Assembly: GCF_006345805.1 (NCBI RefSeq)
Contig: NC_042997.1
Location: forward strand, 196,664,001 to 196,728,000
Source: Octopus sinensis
Taxonomy: Eukaryota
Reading direction: 5' to 3'
Length of the DNA stretch: 64,000 bases
The position numbers and the translations under genes were made by a program. Shown one piece after another: positions 13,471-27,489 of the stretch; position 1 is the first letter of the stretch; the number at the start of each line of letters is the position of its first letter. The notes under the pieces are model-generated. The model saw only the letters and a program-made list of their open reading frames with translations. It did not search any database and had not been told where the DNA came from.

Positions 13471-14345
13471 CAGATTAATATAGATTACTGGAGGCTGCTG
13501 CAAGAGAAATTCACAATTCATGACAATTCATGACGGCAGTACAAAAGAAAAATCATCAAAAACCAACGAGAAACAGCAAGGCATTTATATATATTATTCA
13601 TAATTTCTAATTTATCGATTCTTACTCTAAACATATCCATTTGCAGACATTGAGTTTGTATGAATAACATTTGTCATTTTTTTTCTTCTACATCTTGAGG
13701 TATTTCATGTTTCACTTTCACGTACGTAGAAACACACACCCATCTGCATACATACTCGCACAAGTACACAGACATACGCACATACATAAATTCTTTTATA
13801 GACACATACATACATAATCTCTCTCACACGCTTATACTAGCATATTTACACATACAGACAACACACACACACACACACGAATGTATATGTGTGTATGTTA
13901 TATATATAAGTTCGTTGATAACAAAAGTGAGTTAATTTGCCACAAGGATACACGCACAAACTTGCGCGCGCACACACACACACACACAGGCACGTTTCCA
14001 CACACACACACATATATATATATGTATGCATGTATGTATAAATACACATATTTATTTACATACATAAAAACACACTATGTATGTAAATATATGTAACTAT
14101 GATTCTGCATGTATGCGGGTCTGTCTTTCTGTCTATCTAAATATCTATCTATCTATCTATCTATCTATCTAAATATCTATCTATCTAAATATCTATCTAA
14201 ATATCTATCTATCTATCTATCTAAATATCTATCTATCTATCTATCTATCTAAATATCTAAATATCTACCTATCTATCTAAATATCTATCTAGCTATCTAA
14301 GTATCTATCTATCTATCTAAATATCTATCTATCTACGTAAATAAG

Positions 14346-14401
14346 AAAAGCTCTACATTAGTATTTGTCCCCTCTGTGTTAGCCCTGTGTGGCCAATAAA
14401 G
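14346..14401 (+). mobile_element. Isolated LINE-type 3' tail fragment, similar to the M-SINE tail and the Tx1-linked tail at 48962
   Basis: tatttgtcccctctgtgttagccctgtgtggccaataaag. Confidence 0.5.
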
Positions 14402-15897
14402 TTATTTGCACTAATAAGTGTCTATATGTCCGTATGTGTGTGTGTCTTTGTGTATACATATACATACATACGTGCGTGTAGACACACACATATGAATAGA
14501 TACACATTTACGTATTCTTGTTAGAATTCAAAACCTCTCTCTCCTCACACATTGTTTTCAACTCGTAAAAATATACCCGCCACCTTCCTCCAGTCTCCCT
14601 CTTTCCCCAGTTGTATTCCAAAGAAAATACCAAACAATAAAACAAAGACAAATAAATGAACTATGTAAATAACAATGTCAAGCAACTTGACCTCTGTACG
14701 CATCATGTAACTAGACAACCTAGTTTTGAAATCATACAGACATACATACACACACATAGAGACATATATATATATGTTTTATATAATAATAACAATAAAG
14801 GATAAAAAACCGTTAAAGAGCTTATCAGTGGCCAACATATAATAAATGCCTATTAAAGTGAATTCATATCTAGAGATTTATAATAGTATAGAATACAAAT
14901 ATAATTAAGGCCATGGAAGGGGCTGTGCCTATGCTGAAAATAGACTCTAAATCGTCAAATCTCTTAAGAATTGGGCTCTTCTATGTCCTTAATTATAGCT
15001 GCATTTCATATCATTATAAATCTCGATATGTTTACATATATATATATATATATACATTGATAAACAGGTAGATAGATACATAAATAGACAGACAGATAGA
15101 TACACACACATATAAGATCAATAAATACCAGATTTTTAAAGACATATTTACTGCTGTAGGTTTGTCCCCACTAAGCTATCCAAGTCGGTGCTCCAGCATG
15201 GGAGCATTCCACTGATTGAAACACACACACACAGAAAAATAAAAGATTAAGATAACAATTATCTCAGCAAATAAGGCAAAAATGTATATATATATATACA
15301 CATATATAACGACCCCTGCCTCGTGCGAGTACAGCATGGTCACTACAATCAGCTTAGTATATTAAGTTTTGCGTGCTGGCTAAAAGTATTACCCGGTTTA
15401 CTGTAGAAGTAAAGCACAAGTCTTGATCTTCGGCATTTCATTACATACGGACTGTAAGTAAGTTTCTACTTCCTGTCTTAAGCAGTCTACTCAACTTGTT
15501 CTTCCAATTGATATCTTTATTAAAATTGCAAACGGTTCTAAGTAAATTACTTCCCCTTTCCGCTCTTCGATTTATTACCGTAATGCTTACTTAATTTATT
15601 CATTTAACGACATTATGTTTTCTTATATATTTTTTTACACGTTAATAATTTGTGTTATTTCTTTTATGGTGTGTGTGCTTTGTGTGTATGTACTTCATAT
15701 ATATATATATATTATATATATATATATATACACACACACAAATACATATACTCGCGCACATACATACAATCATATATGTATATACATATGTATGTATAAA
15801 TATATATATGTATATACACCAACACACACACACACACACATGTATTATTTCATATATACCTATATAGACGTACGTATATACAAACAGACATCTATCC

Positions 15898-15945
<48 letters not shown>

Positions 15946-15957
15946 GGAGTCCGTTAG

Positions 15958-16021
15958 ATGATGTAGACATCTCTGATGAGAATCCAATAAGGTTCGAAAA
16001 TCAATTAAGGTTGTTCATCAT
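15958..16021 (+). ncRNA. Type I hammerhead ribozyme with intact core, predicted cleavage after 16007 (UUA)
   Basis: CUGAUGA 15973-79; stem II GAAUC/GGUUC with loop CAAUAA; GAAA 15996-99; stem III AA-UCAA-UU; stem I AUCU/AGGU extended by AC/GU and AUGAUG/CAUCAU. Confidence 0.7.
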
Positions 16022-16535
16022 TTTTTTCAGTCTGCGGAGGACTGGCTAAAATTTGCCCTACTTATAACCACACCGTATGTTACATAAACACATATGTATA
16101 TATACATATATACATACATACATACATACATACACACATGCGTATGACAGCATATGTGTGCGTGCGTGTGTGTATGCGTGTGATATTAAGTAGGGGAACC
16201 AGTTAGGTACCGTTTCAACAACTTGTGTGAACTCCGTATAGAACGCTTATCATATCAATATTTTTGCCTATTTTAAGACAAGCCTTCCTTTTAATTATCG
16301 GTTTGCGATGAGATAAGGAAAGAAGAAATAAAAAATAATAGAAGTCAGCAGGACTTTATTAAAGAGGAAGATAATAGAACACACTTCACTCTCCTCCTGA
16401 GGTGTGTCCGTTTCTCTAAGAAAGTATTGAATATCAGCGTTAACTATTTATCATAATACGATCTGGCACAGGTCAAGATAAAAAAAGATGATGACGATGA
16501 TAATAAGAGTAATAATAATAATATTAATAATAATA

Positions 16536-16570
<35 letters not shown>

Positions 16571-16628
16571 TAATAACAACAACAACATGCTACTGCTGAT
16601 AAATTGGCATTGTAGGAATGGATTCACA

Positions 16629-16689
16629 ATATCTGTTTGTTGCCTACACCACGTGTCTTCGTCTTTTGTGTTTTTTTGTGAATTCTCCC
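16629..16689 (+). mobile_element. 3' fragment of the U6-hammerhead PLE-like family abutting (TA)n
   Basis: atctgtttgttgcctacaccacgtgtcttcgtc..gtgaattctccc is the reverse complement of 5564-5630. Confidence 0.75.
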
Positions 16690-17300
<611 letters not shown>

Positions 17301-17926
17301 TAACATGCAATCATAGTTTCCTTTGAACAGGAAAGTGAAAATAACACCTAATATTTACTGTTGCAGAAAAGTGATTTCCGAGGCTAATATTCTTAGATTC
17401 GGCATGAACATTTCCGGTGTGTGTCTTTTTGGAGAATATTATAGGAATATATGATTGAATCATGAGGGAATCAGCTTATCTCAACATTTTTATCCTGTTA
17501 TGAATAAGATTTTCTTGTACTGGTGTTGCTGTGATCCTAATAAAGTTAGGATGAGAGGAGAATCATATTATACGGATCACTGTAAAGAAGGAAGATGTAT
17601 ATTAAAGGAAGAAAAAAATATTAGAAGAAAAAATATTCATAAGGTAAAAGAAAAGATAGGAAGAAAACAGTATCTATGTGATTGCCCGTCTATCTAGTTA
17701 TCTATCAAGGAATCTGTCTGTGCATTTACAATCACACGCAAACACACACACTGTATATATATGTATGTATATATATACACACACACATATATGCATGTGT
17801 GTGCATGTGTTTATATATATCTTTATATATATATATATATACATACACACATATATACAGGCATGTATATTTATGCATTTGTTATATGTGTGTGTGTGTA
17901 TATATATATATTCACACATCTGTTTG

Positions 17927-17963
<37 letters not shown>

Positions 17964-18352
17964 GTATGTAAGTATCTATCTTTCTGTCTGTCTCTCTTTC
18001 TCTCTGTCTTATACGCACTCACACATGTCCATCTGTCTACTCATCAGTATAATATACACATCTATAGTTACTGATGTAAGCACTCACTCCCACATATACA
18101 CCAACACACTCTCATGGCTTCAGTGCTCAACCCTCAACAGCAGCAAATCTTAATTATATTTATCTGCATTGCATTACATTGTTGTTGTTTTTTCCTGAAG
18201 TCTCTCTACGTCTGTTTCTATACCTTGACAAAAATCCTGGCAGTAAATACATATCTTCAAAGTGCCGTTAATGTAAGTTAGCGTTTGCGAGTGTCCACAA
18301 CGTGGTTAAGCACACCTTTGTCCATATATGTCTATATATATATTGTCTATAG

Positions 18353-18610
18353 GCCCGTGGCTTAGTGGTTAGAGTGTAGCGCTCACGATTCCTACACCGT
18401 GGGTTCGATTTCCTGACCGGCCAGTGCGTTGTCTTTTTGAACAAAACACTTCATTTCACGTTGCTCCAGTCCACTCAGCTTTAAATGTGTAACCCTGCGA
18501 CAGAATAGCCTTCCGATCAGCGGGTTGGCATCATTTGAAAGCTAAAACAATGTGAAGGGTATTGTGACCAGCGATGTATAAAACATCTCATAGTTTGGTC
18601 CATACTGTGA
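18353..18610 (+). mobile_element. C-head (CORE-like) tRNA-derived SINE with tail B
   Basis: gtggcttagtggttagagtg..gggttcgatttcc, then gaacaaaacacttcatttcacgttgctccagtccactcagct; tail gctaaaacaatgtgaagggtattgtgaccagcgatgt matches the reverse complement of 21408-21500. Confidence 0.8.
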
Positions 18611-19235
18611 TACCAATTGGATGCTTATGACAGAAAGCTTCTAAGATGCTACGTTTATAATTGGAAGCTTTTTCCCTTGCTTCTAAAACGATTGTGGTTT
18701 GTTGTCTAGATATGATACGAAAGTCTGTTGTAGGTGGAAACAAATTCAGAGGAAACATAAGTTGGCACCAATTCTATTCTTCATTATACATTAACAATAG
18801 ACGTCATCACAAATAATAGATAAGCGTAAAGTTTCAAAGAGATTTCACAATGAATTGGTGAGATACAATGGCAAGGCAGAGTTTGTTGGAACCAATAAAC
18901 ATTGGTGTGTCATCAAAGCTGACCAAATACACTATCGATATACCAAACATAAAATCCATTGAACTCTCTATCAAATATTTAGAAACATTTCTTTCCACAC
19001 CAATGAATCGCTCTCTTCCTTTCTCTCCCCTTGTCTATCAACCTACATACTTACCTACATGTCTGTCTGTCTCTATTTATCTGTCTGTCTATCTATCTAT
19101 TTAACTTTCTATTTATCTAACTATATCTATCTAACTTTCTATCTATCTATCTATCTACATCTATCTAACTTTCTATCTATCTATCTATCTACATCTATCT
19201 AACTTTCTATCTATCTATCTACATCTATCTAACTT

Positions 19236-19271
<36 letters not shown>

Positions 19272-19363
19272 ACTACATATATATCTATTTAACTTTTTAT
19301 TTATCTAACTATATCTCTCTATCTAGGTTTTTTATTTACTTGTATCTGTGAGTGTGTATATAT

Positions 19364-19409
<46 letters not shown>

Positions 19410-19467
19410 AGAGAGAGAGAGAGAAGTCGAAAAGAGGTAATATGCATGCATATATTATATGTATATA

Positions 19468-19817
19468 CAGTGATGCCTCGCAGTGCGTGTTTAATTCGTT
19501 CCATGACCGAACTCTGTCTTACGATTTACTCGTTCTACAAATCAATTTTCCCCCATTGAAATTAATTAAAATCTAATTAATCTGTTCCAGCCACCCCCAC
19601 GAGGAAACCACTCAAAAATAATCTTTTATGGGTTTTAAAACAGAAAAGCTGGTGTAGTTACAAGTAAAAGGACAATTACAAAAAGAAAAAGAGAGTACAA
19701 AAGAAATATGTAAACTGAATTACCTTAAAGTACGAAATTTCTGCTCGTACTTCAAGACAAAAATTCGCACAAGTCTCGGCTCGTACAATGGAGCACTCTT
19801 ACTGCGAGGTTCTATCG
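19468..19817. mobile_element. Tigger/pogo-like MITE, ~350 bp, TA target duplication
   Basis: ta-cagtgatgcctcgcagt at left and actgcgaggttctatcg-ta at right; internal ttttcccccattgaaattaattaaaatctaattaatctgttccag typical of Tigger-derived MITEs. Confidence 0.65.
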
Positions 19818-19960
19818 TATATACATTCTCAGACTTTAGATATGAAACACATAAAACCGGATATATCTACATACAATACATACATAATATTTACACATAT
19901 CAAAATATGTATGTGTTTATGTAATAACCTATACATATATCATACACACACACATTGATG

Positions 19961-20046
<86 letters not shown>

Positions 20047-20143
20047 ACGTACATATTTTCTCAAGCGTATCAAGTATGTATATCAATATATTCATATATA
20101 AGCACATGAGCATTAAGCACATATATATAAAGACACAAATGTG

Positions 20144-20467
20144 TGAAGGCGCGCGGCGTAGTGGTTAGGGTATTCGCCTCACGACCGAAACGTTGTGAGT
20201 TCGATTTTCTGCGGAATATTTTGTGTCCTTGAGTTAGACGCTTTATTTCAGGCTAATCCAAAAATTAGTTGGTAAAAATGAGTTGAACCTCTAATTCAAA
20301 GGGCCAGCCTTGTCACATTCTGTTTCACGCTGAATCTCCCTTAGAACTACGTTAAGGGTACGCGTATCTGTGGAGTGCTCAGCCACATGCACGTTCATTC
20401 CAAGAGCAGGCGGTTATGTTGATCGAATCAACTTGAACACTTCTCGTCGCATCCGACGGAGTACCAC
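20144..20467 (+). mobile_element. C-head tRNA-derived SINE with tail C
   Basis: ggcgcgcggcgtagtggttagggtattcg..gagttcgatt, gtgtccttgag..ctttatttca, then ttcaaagggccagccttgtcacattctg..gaactacgttaagggtac. Confidence 0.8.
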
Positions 20468-20956
20468 TTAAATGTACGATCATAGTTACTAAATTCATCA
20501 CCATTATTCAGCTCTATGGTACAATGGAACTTCAGAGCGAAGAAAAGGAATTACAATACAGAAACACAGTCTAGGTCAAAAGAATAGTTTGTTGGACGTG
20601 GTTTGAAAATATAATCCAAGTTCATATAAAGATGGCGCCGTGAAAGCGAAACACTAATGAATAAAATGGCTTCTTGCTTTAGTCCACTTATTGGATTAGA
20701 GCATTATGCTGTTGGGCATATGTTTACACTTCGTGTTATCCTTCACATACACAAAAGAACGTACACACACACATATACTTACGCACAGACACACACACGC
20801 ACATGTTTCTTTTTATTTTCAGTTATAATAAAAATATTGATTTGGTGGGTTTCTGAAATACAAATTTATTATTCCTAAACAAGAATATTATTGATAGTGA
20901 TTTCGAAACTTCGGGCAGTTATATGTAGTTGAAATTTATAGGAAAACAATACACGC

Positions 20957-21078
20957 AGATAGGTGTATGAACAACAAGCAAGTATATTAGTATGACGCTC
21001 GGGAAAATGAAAAAGTCTTTTATATTTCGAGCCTACGCTCTTCAACAGAAAGGAATAAGAAGAAATAAACAGAGAGAT
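20957..21078 (-). mobile_element. U6-hammerhead PLE-like copy
   Basis: Minus 21017-21052: CUUU CUGUUGA A GAGC GUAG GCUC GAAA UAU A AAAG. Confidence 0.75.
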
Positions 21079-21190
21079 GCAATGTTATATTGTACAGGGG
21101 AATTATAGTCGTGAAATAAACGGCGCTAAGGGTATAGACTTTACCCCTCTGTCTGTCTGTCTCACGTGTATATATATATATATATATATA

Positions 21191-21366
21191 TTTTTTTTCT
21201 CTCCTTGTTTTTTCTGTGTCCCTTTCTGTAGAAGAGCGTAGGCTCGAAACGTAAAATACTTTTTCTATTCCTGAGCGTTATACTAATAGAAAAAGTTTCG
21301 AGCCTACGCTCTTCTACAGAAAGGGACACAGAAAAAAAACGAGAGAAAAAAAATGTGTGTAGTGGC

Positions 21367-21368
<2 letters not shown>
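21191..21368. mobile_element. U6-hammerhead PLE-like element as inverted duplication (arms 21191-21250 and 21295-21353) inside (TA)n
   Basis: ccctttctgtagaagagcgtaggctcgaaac mirrored by gtttcgagcctacgctcttctacagaaaggg. Confidence 0.85.
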
Positions 21369-21402
<34 letters not shown>

Positions 21403-21407
21403 TATAT

Positions 21408-21688
21408 CACCGTCACCGACCAGGCTATCAGATGTTGCTACACATCGCTGGTCAAAATGCGCTTCGCATTGTATTAGCCTTCAAATGACGCCACCCCGCT
21501 GGCTACGCGACAGGCCAACAGAAGAAAGAGTGAGAGAAAGTTGTGGCGAAAGATAAGAGTAGGGATCGCCACCACCCCTTGTTGGAGCCTCGTGGAAATT
21601 TAGGTATTTTCGCTCAATAAACACTCACAACTGGGAATCGATCCTACAACCGCGAGTTCGCTGCCCTAACCACTGGGCCATTGCGTCT

Positions 21689-21690
<2 letters not shown>
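21408..21690 (-). mobile_element. O-head SINE with tail B
   Basis: Minus head ggagacgcaatggcccagtggttagggcagcgaactcgcgg; tail gcattttgaccagcgatgtgtagcaacatctgatagcctggtcgg. Confidence 0.88.
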
Positions 21691-21725
<35 letters not shown>

Positions 21726-21752
21726 AAAAGGGTAATATACAATATCGTACAG

Positions 21753-21789
<37 letters not shown>

Positions 21790-21802
21790 GTGTATATATA
21801 GG

Positions 21803-22250
21803 GGATTCATGGCTTAGTGGCTAGGATGTGGCACTCATGATCGCGAGTTCGTGCTACGATTCTCTGATCGATTGGTGCGTTGCGCTCTTGAGCAAAACAC
21901 AGCGTTAAATTGTTCTGCGATCAGTTGGACATTTGACGTGCGGTTCACCGTGCACCTGTACAAGCAATATCGATTTGATGGAAGGAATAAGCTTATGTTC
22001 AGTGCACATTTGATCACAATAAAGAAAGCACCTGTACACGTTGTTCAGCGAGTTTCTTAACCATACAGAAATATTTCCCTAAAATCACATTCTACTAAAA
22101 CTAAAGTCATTTGTTACCCTGTTTCGTATGCGAATACGTCCAATGTAAACAATAATAAAAGAAGAGTACTGACGGTTCATTCGACTAAGAATTATTCAAG
22201 ACGGTGCCCCACCATGGCGCAGTCAATTTGATTGAGACAAGTAAAAGATA
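21803..22250 (+). mobile_element. Old C-head SINE remnant plus a V-family tail fragment (~22140-22250)
   Basis: atggcttagtggctaggatgtggcactc..gcgttgcgctcttgagcaaaacac; gacggtgccccaccatggcgcagtc..gagacaagtaaaagataaaa. Confidence 0.55.
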
Positions 22251-23744
22251 AAAAATTAAGTGTGAAGACACCTTCCCCATCGTAAAATATATTACAATGT
22301 GATCTTAGATACGCAAAGTGTGAAAAATCCGGAATTGTCACGGTTAGATTACTTCTGATCATAGGATTTTCTCGACAAAGGACTAACTTGAGACTAATAA
22401 ACAATAAAAACAACGACGACTACCTCAAACATGTAGTCACTAAAGTGTTATGCGGTTTCTTTAAAGACAGTAAAATAGTTTATGATGGAGTTGGAGCAGA
22501 AGATTAATGAAGTCATGAATGGTGTATTACTCCGCCACTTCATTGTAAATAGTCCAACGCAGCTTTTCATATTCGAAGCACGGCGTAAAATGATGTACCG
22601 AATAATACTTTTAATAAAGCAACAAATGAGAACATATGTACTTGCGAGCATGAATTTTCCTTTGTTTTTATTTCTATTAAAAGTTTCTGCTACATCTGTA
22701 AAAATGTCAGTGGAAATTCTTTTAAAACCTCGTCACTAAGTGCTTTAAACCGAAGCCAGCATGTAATAAGTGTATGTATGACGTATAGCCAAAATGTATA
22801 AGTGACACTTAGCAGTTCTTGTCACTGGGAGAAACATCTGCGTCAGATATACAAGGAACGAAAGAAGCTGTATGTCATTTGTATATTGTGTTTGAAACAC
22901 TTTTCAGCAAGTCGTAGCAAGTTTTAAAACATACAGCAGAAAAACTTTAGGATTACAAAATGTATAACATCAAGATTTCTTGTATAGATTTAATTCTAAT
23001 CACTTTTAGGGATTCTAATTAGACAGGAAAGTCGAAGATATTTTATGTATATTTTCTGTCAAATATTTGTTTTCTAATTTATACAAGATTGCGTAATCTC
23101 AATTCAACAGCAATGAACACAGCCATGTAATGTTATTAATAATGCATACTAGCAACAGTAATAACCTAAAATTAAATTTAAAATCATTTTGCAATCTATA
23201 ATTTGCCAGTTGGAAATTGCGAAGATTATAATAAACTCCACTCTATTGTGTGATTTAACGAGAAATATATACATATTTATTCAGTAGGTTTTTAAGTTGG
23301 GTGGATTAGAAATGAGCTTTACCTGGGGTATTTCATTCTTATTGTTGTCTATTGACACTAGGAAGCGACGGTAGCGGTGGTGGTGTTTGCAACGACTTTC
23401 CGACTTCATTAACAGTTGTTTGACTTGCAGATTTATTGTATGCGGTAGCAATGTTTAATTCAACATGGTCGGCATTGATTTTATCTCTGGAAACTTCACC
23501 CTTAACGCAAAAGTATTTCGTTAACGATCAGATCAAAGTGGAAGGTCATGAGTCATAAAAGAAAAAAAAAACGCAAACAGAAAAACGGATCAATCACATA
23601 GGGAATCTCAGATTTCTTGCTATAAAACAGCTAGCTTGCTTATTCACTGTGGGTATTTCGTAAAGAGATTTTCTACAAAGTATCGAAGTTGTGTAAAACA
23701 TTGATTTGTCTCAACATGGCTTCAATGAAACAATGTTACCGGAT

Positions 23745-24024
23745 CTATTTCTATCTATCTATCTACTTGTCTATCTATCTACTTGTCTGTCTGTCTATCT
23801 ATCTACTTGTCTATCTATCTACTTGTCTGTCTGTCTATCTATCTATCTATCTCTATCTACTTGTCTGTCTATCTATCTACTTGTCTGTCTATCTACTTGT
23901 CTGTCTGTCTATATATCTACTTGTCTGTCTGACTATCTATCTACTTGTCTCTCTGTCTGTCTATCTACTTGTCTCTCTGTCTGTCTATCTACTTGTCTCT
24001 CTGTCTGTCTATCTACTTGTCTGC

Positions 24025-24055
<31 letters not shown>
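23745..24055. repeat. (TCTA/CTTG/TCTG)n compound tetranucleotide repeat
   Basis: Direct reading. Confidence 0.93.
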
Positions 24056-24056
<1 letters not shown>

Positions 24057-24812
24057 GCTTTCTTTCTATTGTATCTCCACCTTTAAGCACGTTAAGATTA
24101 CTGTAACAAATCAATAATAGATTTCAATAAAATAAAGACGGAGAGAGAGAGAGAGAGAGAGAGAAAGAGGGAGAGAGAGGGAGAGAGAGAGAGAAAAAGA
24201 GACAGAGAGAGAGGGAAATATAAAGATATTGTTTACCAACAGAAACTTTACTTCTGCTCAGAGAACCCAAATTAAAATGTTACAAATCGACCCAATCTAT
24301 AGTATTCTGATAGAGAAAATAAAGGTGAAATACAAAAACTTGCCTAATTCCTCGAGATGTTCTTTTGTTATCGAGAAAGAAAAATTTTTATTATAGCACT
24401 TATCTCTTCTCTCAGTAGCTGCTGTTGTAGGTTTTAATGAAGCGTCTGTTGCCGGTTTTCGTCGGAGCTGCAGCATCAGGCTGACGTGTAACAGCCGCTA
24501 TCTCAGTGTCATAATTATGGAAGGATCTGCTCCCTGTATTTTATAGCCATGCAGTTGCTGATGCATGTAATCAATGTTGCGATTATCTGTTTATCGAAAG
24601 TGTTTATTTCGGATTTACTACAACATCAACGGAATCAGTTCTAGTGAGATGAGTCATACAGATAATTATGTTCCCAGAGTAGTGACTTTACGAACGTATA
24701 TCAACTCAAACTTTTACTGAATTGTAAAACTTCTTCCTTCATGACGCTTAGGAAATTGCTAAATTCAAAGTCAACTTTGTTATATTGAAGGTATTAATTA
24801 TTTTATCAACGA

Positions 24813-25205
24813 CTAGCAGTATCGCCCGGCGTTGCTCGGGTTTGTTTCGACCCTTTAGAATTGGAATTTTTGAAACATAAAAACTTTGAATATGTCGCTT
24901 GTTATTCTCGTTAAGTGAACATTTTTCTGGTTGAAATACACCGAAAAATGACGACACAGCAGTCAAAAAATCGTAAAAAATAGGGATTTTCATTGAAAAA
25001 AAAAGCAATTTTTTGATGTAAATAATTTTTGGTGTTAACATGGTCCGATTTGAAGTTTTTCTTCTACAGAAGGAAGAGCAAGCCTTCTTCTATCATACTC
25101 TCAATTTTGGTCAACTTGTGCCGCAGGGTCTCGGAGGAGATAGTGTTAGTTGAAGGCTACCAAACCTGCCATACACAGACAACTTCAGCTTTATATATAT
25201 AGAGA
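24813..25205 (-). mobile_element. Non-autonomous Helitron, 393 bp
   Basis: Minus strand A|TCTCTATATATATAAAGC...CCCGAGCAACGCCGGG hairpin..CTAG|T: 5' TC, 3' CTAG, subterminal hairpin, A/T target; second copy at 62688. Confidence 0.88.
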
Positions 25206-25762
25206 TTTCATCGTTCTCAAATGAATGTTTGTTGAAGTAAAATATTCTAGTTGCAAATAAGTATTTCGAATATAGTTTCCGTTTAATATTAAAATGTAAT
25301 TCTGTAATGATATGGAAATATTTTATGCTGCTCTATAATTTTAGCTTTTGGATTTTAAATAAATAAGCACACTTCACCAGAACCTTTGTTTTTGTTGATC
25401 TTGAACTAATGTAGGAGAGGGAAGACGGCGTGGTCACTTGCTTTGCTAGAAATCATTGTCAAACTGCCCCCAATTTCCTTAGTAAACAAAGAAAAACAAT
25501 TTGGATAATAATATACTCCTGGATGTTCTATATTTGCAACAAGACGGAATGCTCTCGAATAGAACACCTTTCTAACGTAGGAATGCTTTAGTAGGATTGA
25601 CCCGGGGCTAAACAATAGCAAAACTACAACTATCCCAACAAATTCAGCCACGACAAAAACAAAATAGTTCTCCCATTTATTACCGTATTGTTTGTAAATA
25701 AATATGTCAAGATAAACATTCGCAAACTAAATTGTAGAAATGTAAGGCTATATAGGAAATAT

Positions 25763-25962
25763 GGGGAGAATACACGAAAAAAACCCCAACAAAACACGAA
25801 GACAGGTGGTGTAGAAAACAAACAGATGTATTAGTATAACGCTCGGGAATTGAAAAGGTCTTTGACGTTTCGAGCCTACGCTCTTCCACACAAAGGAACA
25901 CAGAAACAAACAAGGAGAGAAAGAATGTGTGTAGTGGCTATCGCTCTATCATGGCGAAAATG

Positions 25963-25997
<35 letters not shown>

Positions 25998-26275
25998 GGA
26001 TAATTCATGAAAAAAAAAACAGAAGACGAAGACAGGTGGTGTAGAAAACAAACAGATGTATTAATATAACGCTCGGGAATTGAAAAAGTCTTTAACGTTT
26101 CGAGCCTACGCTCTTCCACAGAAAGGAACACAGAAAGAAACAAGCAGAGAAAGAAATGTGTGTAGTGGCTACCAATCTATCATGGCAAATGCCGGACAGA
26201 AGGGTCACACATGTGAGCTAAGAAGTAGGGGAGATAACAAAGTAATGTCACCCAGAGTTACTTTCTATAGAAAAG
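25763..26275 (-). mobile_element. Direct tandem pair of U6-hammerhead PLE-like repeats (25763-25963 and 25995-~26275) separated by (TA)n
   Basis: ~190 bp shared between the two; HHR folds at 25860-25895 (GUGUGGA..GAAACGUC) and 26090-26125 (CUGUGGA..GAAACGUU). Confidence 0.85.
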
Positions 26276-26818
26276 GATTACGTGAGGCAAAGAAATACGC
26301 CTGCAACTTATTTTTAAAACTTAGTGTAGGTTTTCGTTCTTCTGTCTCAACCTTTGTCTATGTGAGACACCTCTCTGTGACTAGCGCTGAATACCATCAC
26401 AACATGTCAACGACGCTAGATTTGAAATAGTACAAAATAGCCTCAGACATGTCAATTAGATATCATTTGTTCATCAGCTTCGTAAGTAGTTTTCTTAGGT
26501 AGTTAGTTCGTATTTGAAAATTTTCTTTAGTATTACAAAAAGAAAAAAAAATGGAAGCATTTTTCCGCAGGCAAAACAACCTGGTCAGGAACAATGTTTA
26601 AGAATCGAAGTCACAGAAAGCAAAGTATCCGTCCATATAACAAAAATGACAATATCATGCACGTTTCTCAATATAGTAAAAGAGTTGAGTTGCATCATTA
26701 GATCGTCTTAGTTTTGTAAAAGTTATTGTGTTGGAATAAAGTGTAGCGGATCAAAAGACGTGGTACCTGTGCTCAGAATCTACAAACTGTAACAGACATG
26801 TTATCAGAATCTACAAAC

Positions 26819-26973
26819 GTAGGAGTGGCTGTGTCGTAAGTAGCTTGTTACGAATCACATGGTTCCGGGTTCAGTCCCACTGCGTGGCACCTTGGGCAAG
26901 TGCCTTCTACCATAGCCTCGAGTCGAGCCTTGTGAGTGGATTTGGTTGATGGAAAATGAAAGAAGCTCGTCGT

Positions 26974-27007
<34 letters not shown>

Positions 27008-27075
27008 CTGTGTGTATGTTTGTGTGTCTGTGTTTGTCCCCCAACATCGCTTGACAACCGATGTTGGTGTCTTTA
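26819..27075 (+). mobile_element. V-family SINE, 3'-truncated
   Basis: gtaggagtggctgtgtcgtaagtagc..ggttccgggttcagtcccactgcgtggcaccttgggcaagtg. Confidence 0.88.
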
Positions 27076-27095
27076 CACAAAATTATCGTTGTCTA

Positions 27096-27155
<60 letters not shown>

Positions 27156-27451
27156 TATATATACTGTTGTCTGGGGAGAAACATTCTATTTTGGTGCCTT
27201 ATAATTTAACACACTCACCGGTAAAATTATATGCTTCAACACACGAACTCACATAAATAATCTTGCAAGCCAAATCTATAATCGAAATACACAAACACGC
27301 ACACACATAAATGTTTTTAAATTCCGTTATAAAAAAAACAATTTTACATTAATCTCAAGGGTTACTCCAAATGTTGTAGAGCTCAAATTTATTATTCTTT
27401 AAGAATAATAATACTGACAGTGAGTCTCGGCTAGCTAGCCATCATCATGCA

Positions 27452-27489
<38 letters not shown>

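Noticed and set aside
18353-18420. tRNA genes at SINE heads (also 1910, 2733, 20144, 47693, 60840)
   Set aside because: A/B boxes are present but acceptor stems are not closed and each runs into a SINE body
22448-22739. Overlapping 85-aa and 67-aa ORFs in unique sequence
   Set aside because: No homology recognised and no supportive exon boundaries
24420-24560. GC-richer patch with minus-strand TATAAAA and CUGAUGC..GAAA
   Set aside because: No ORF, no good initiator at the expected distance, no stem II
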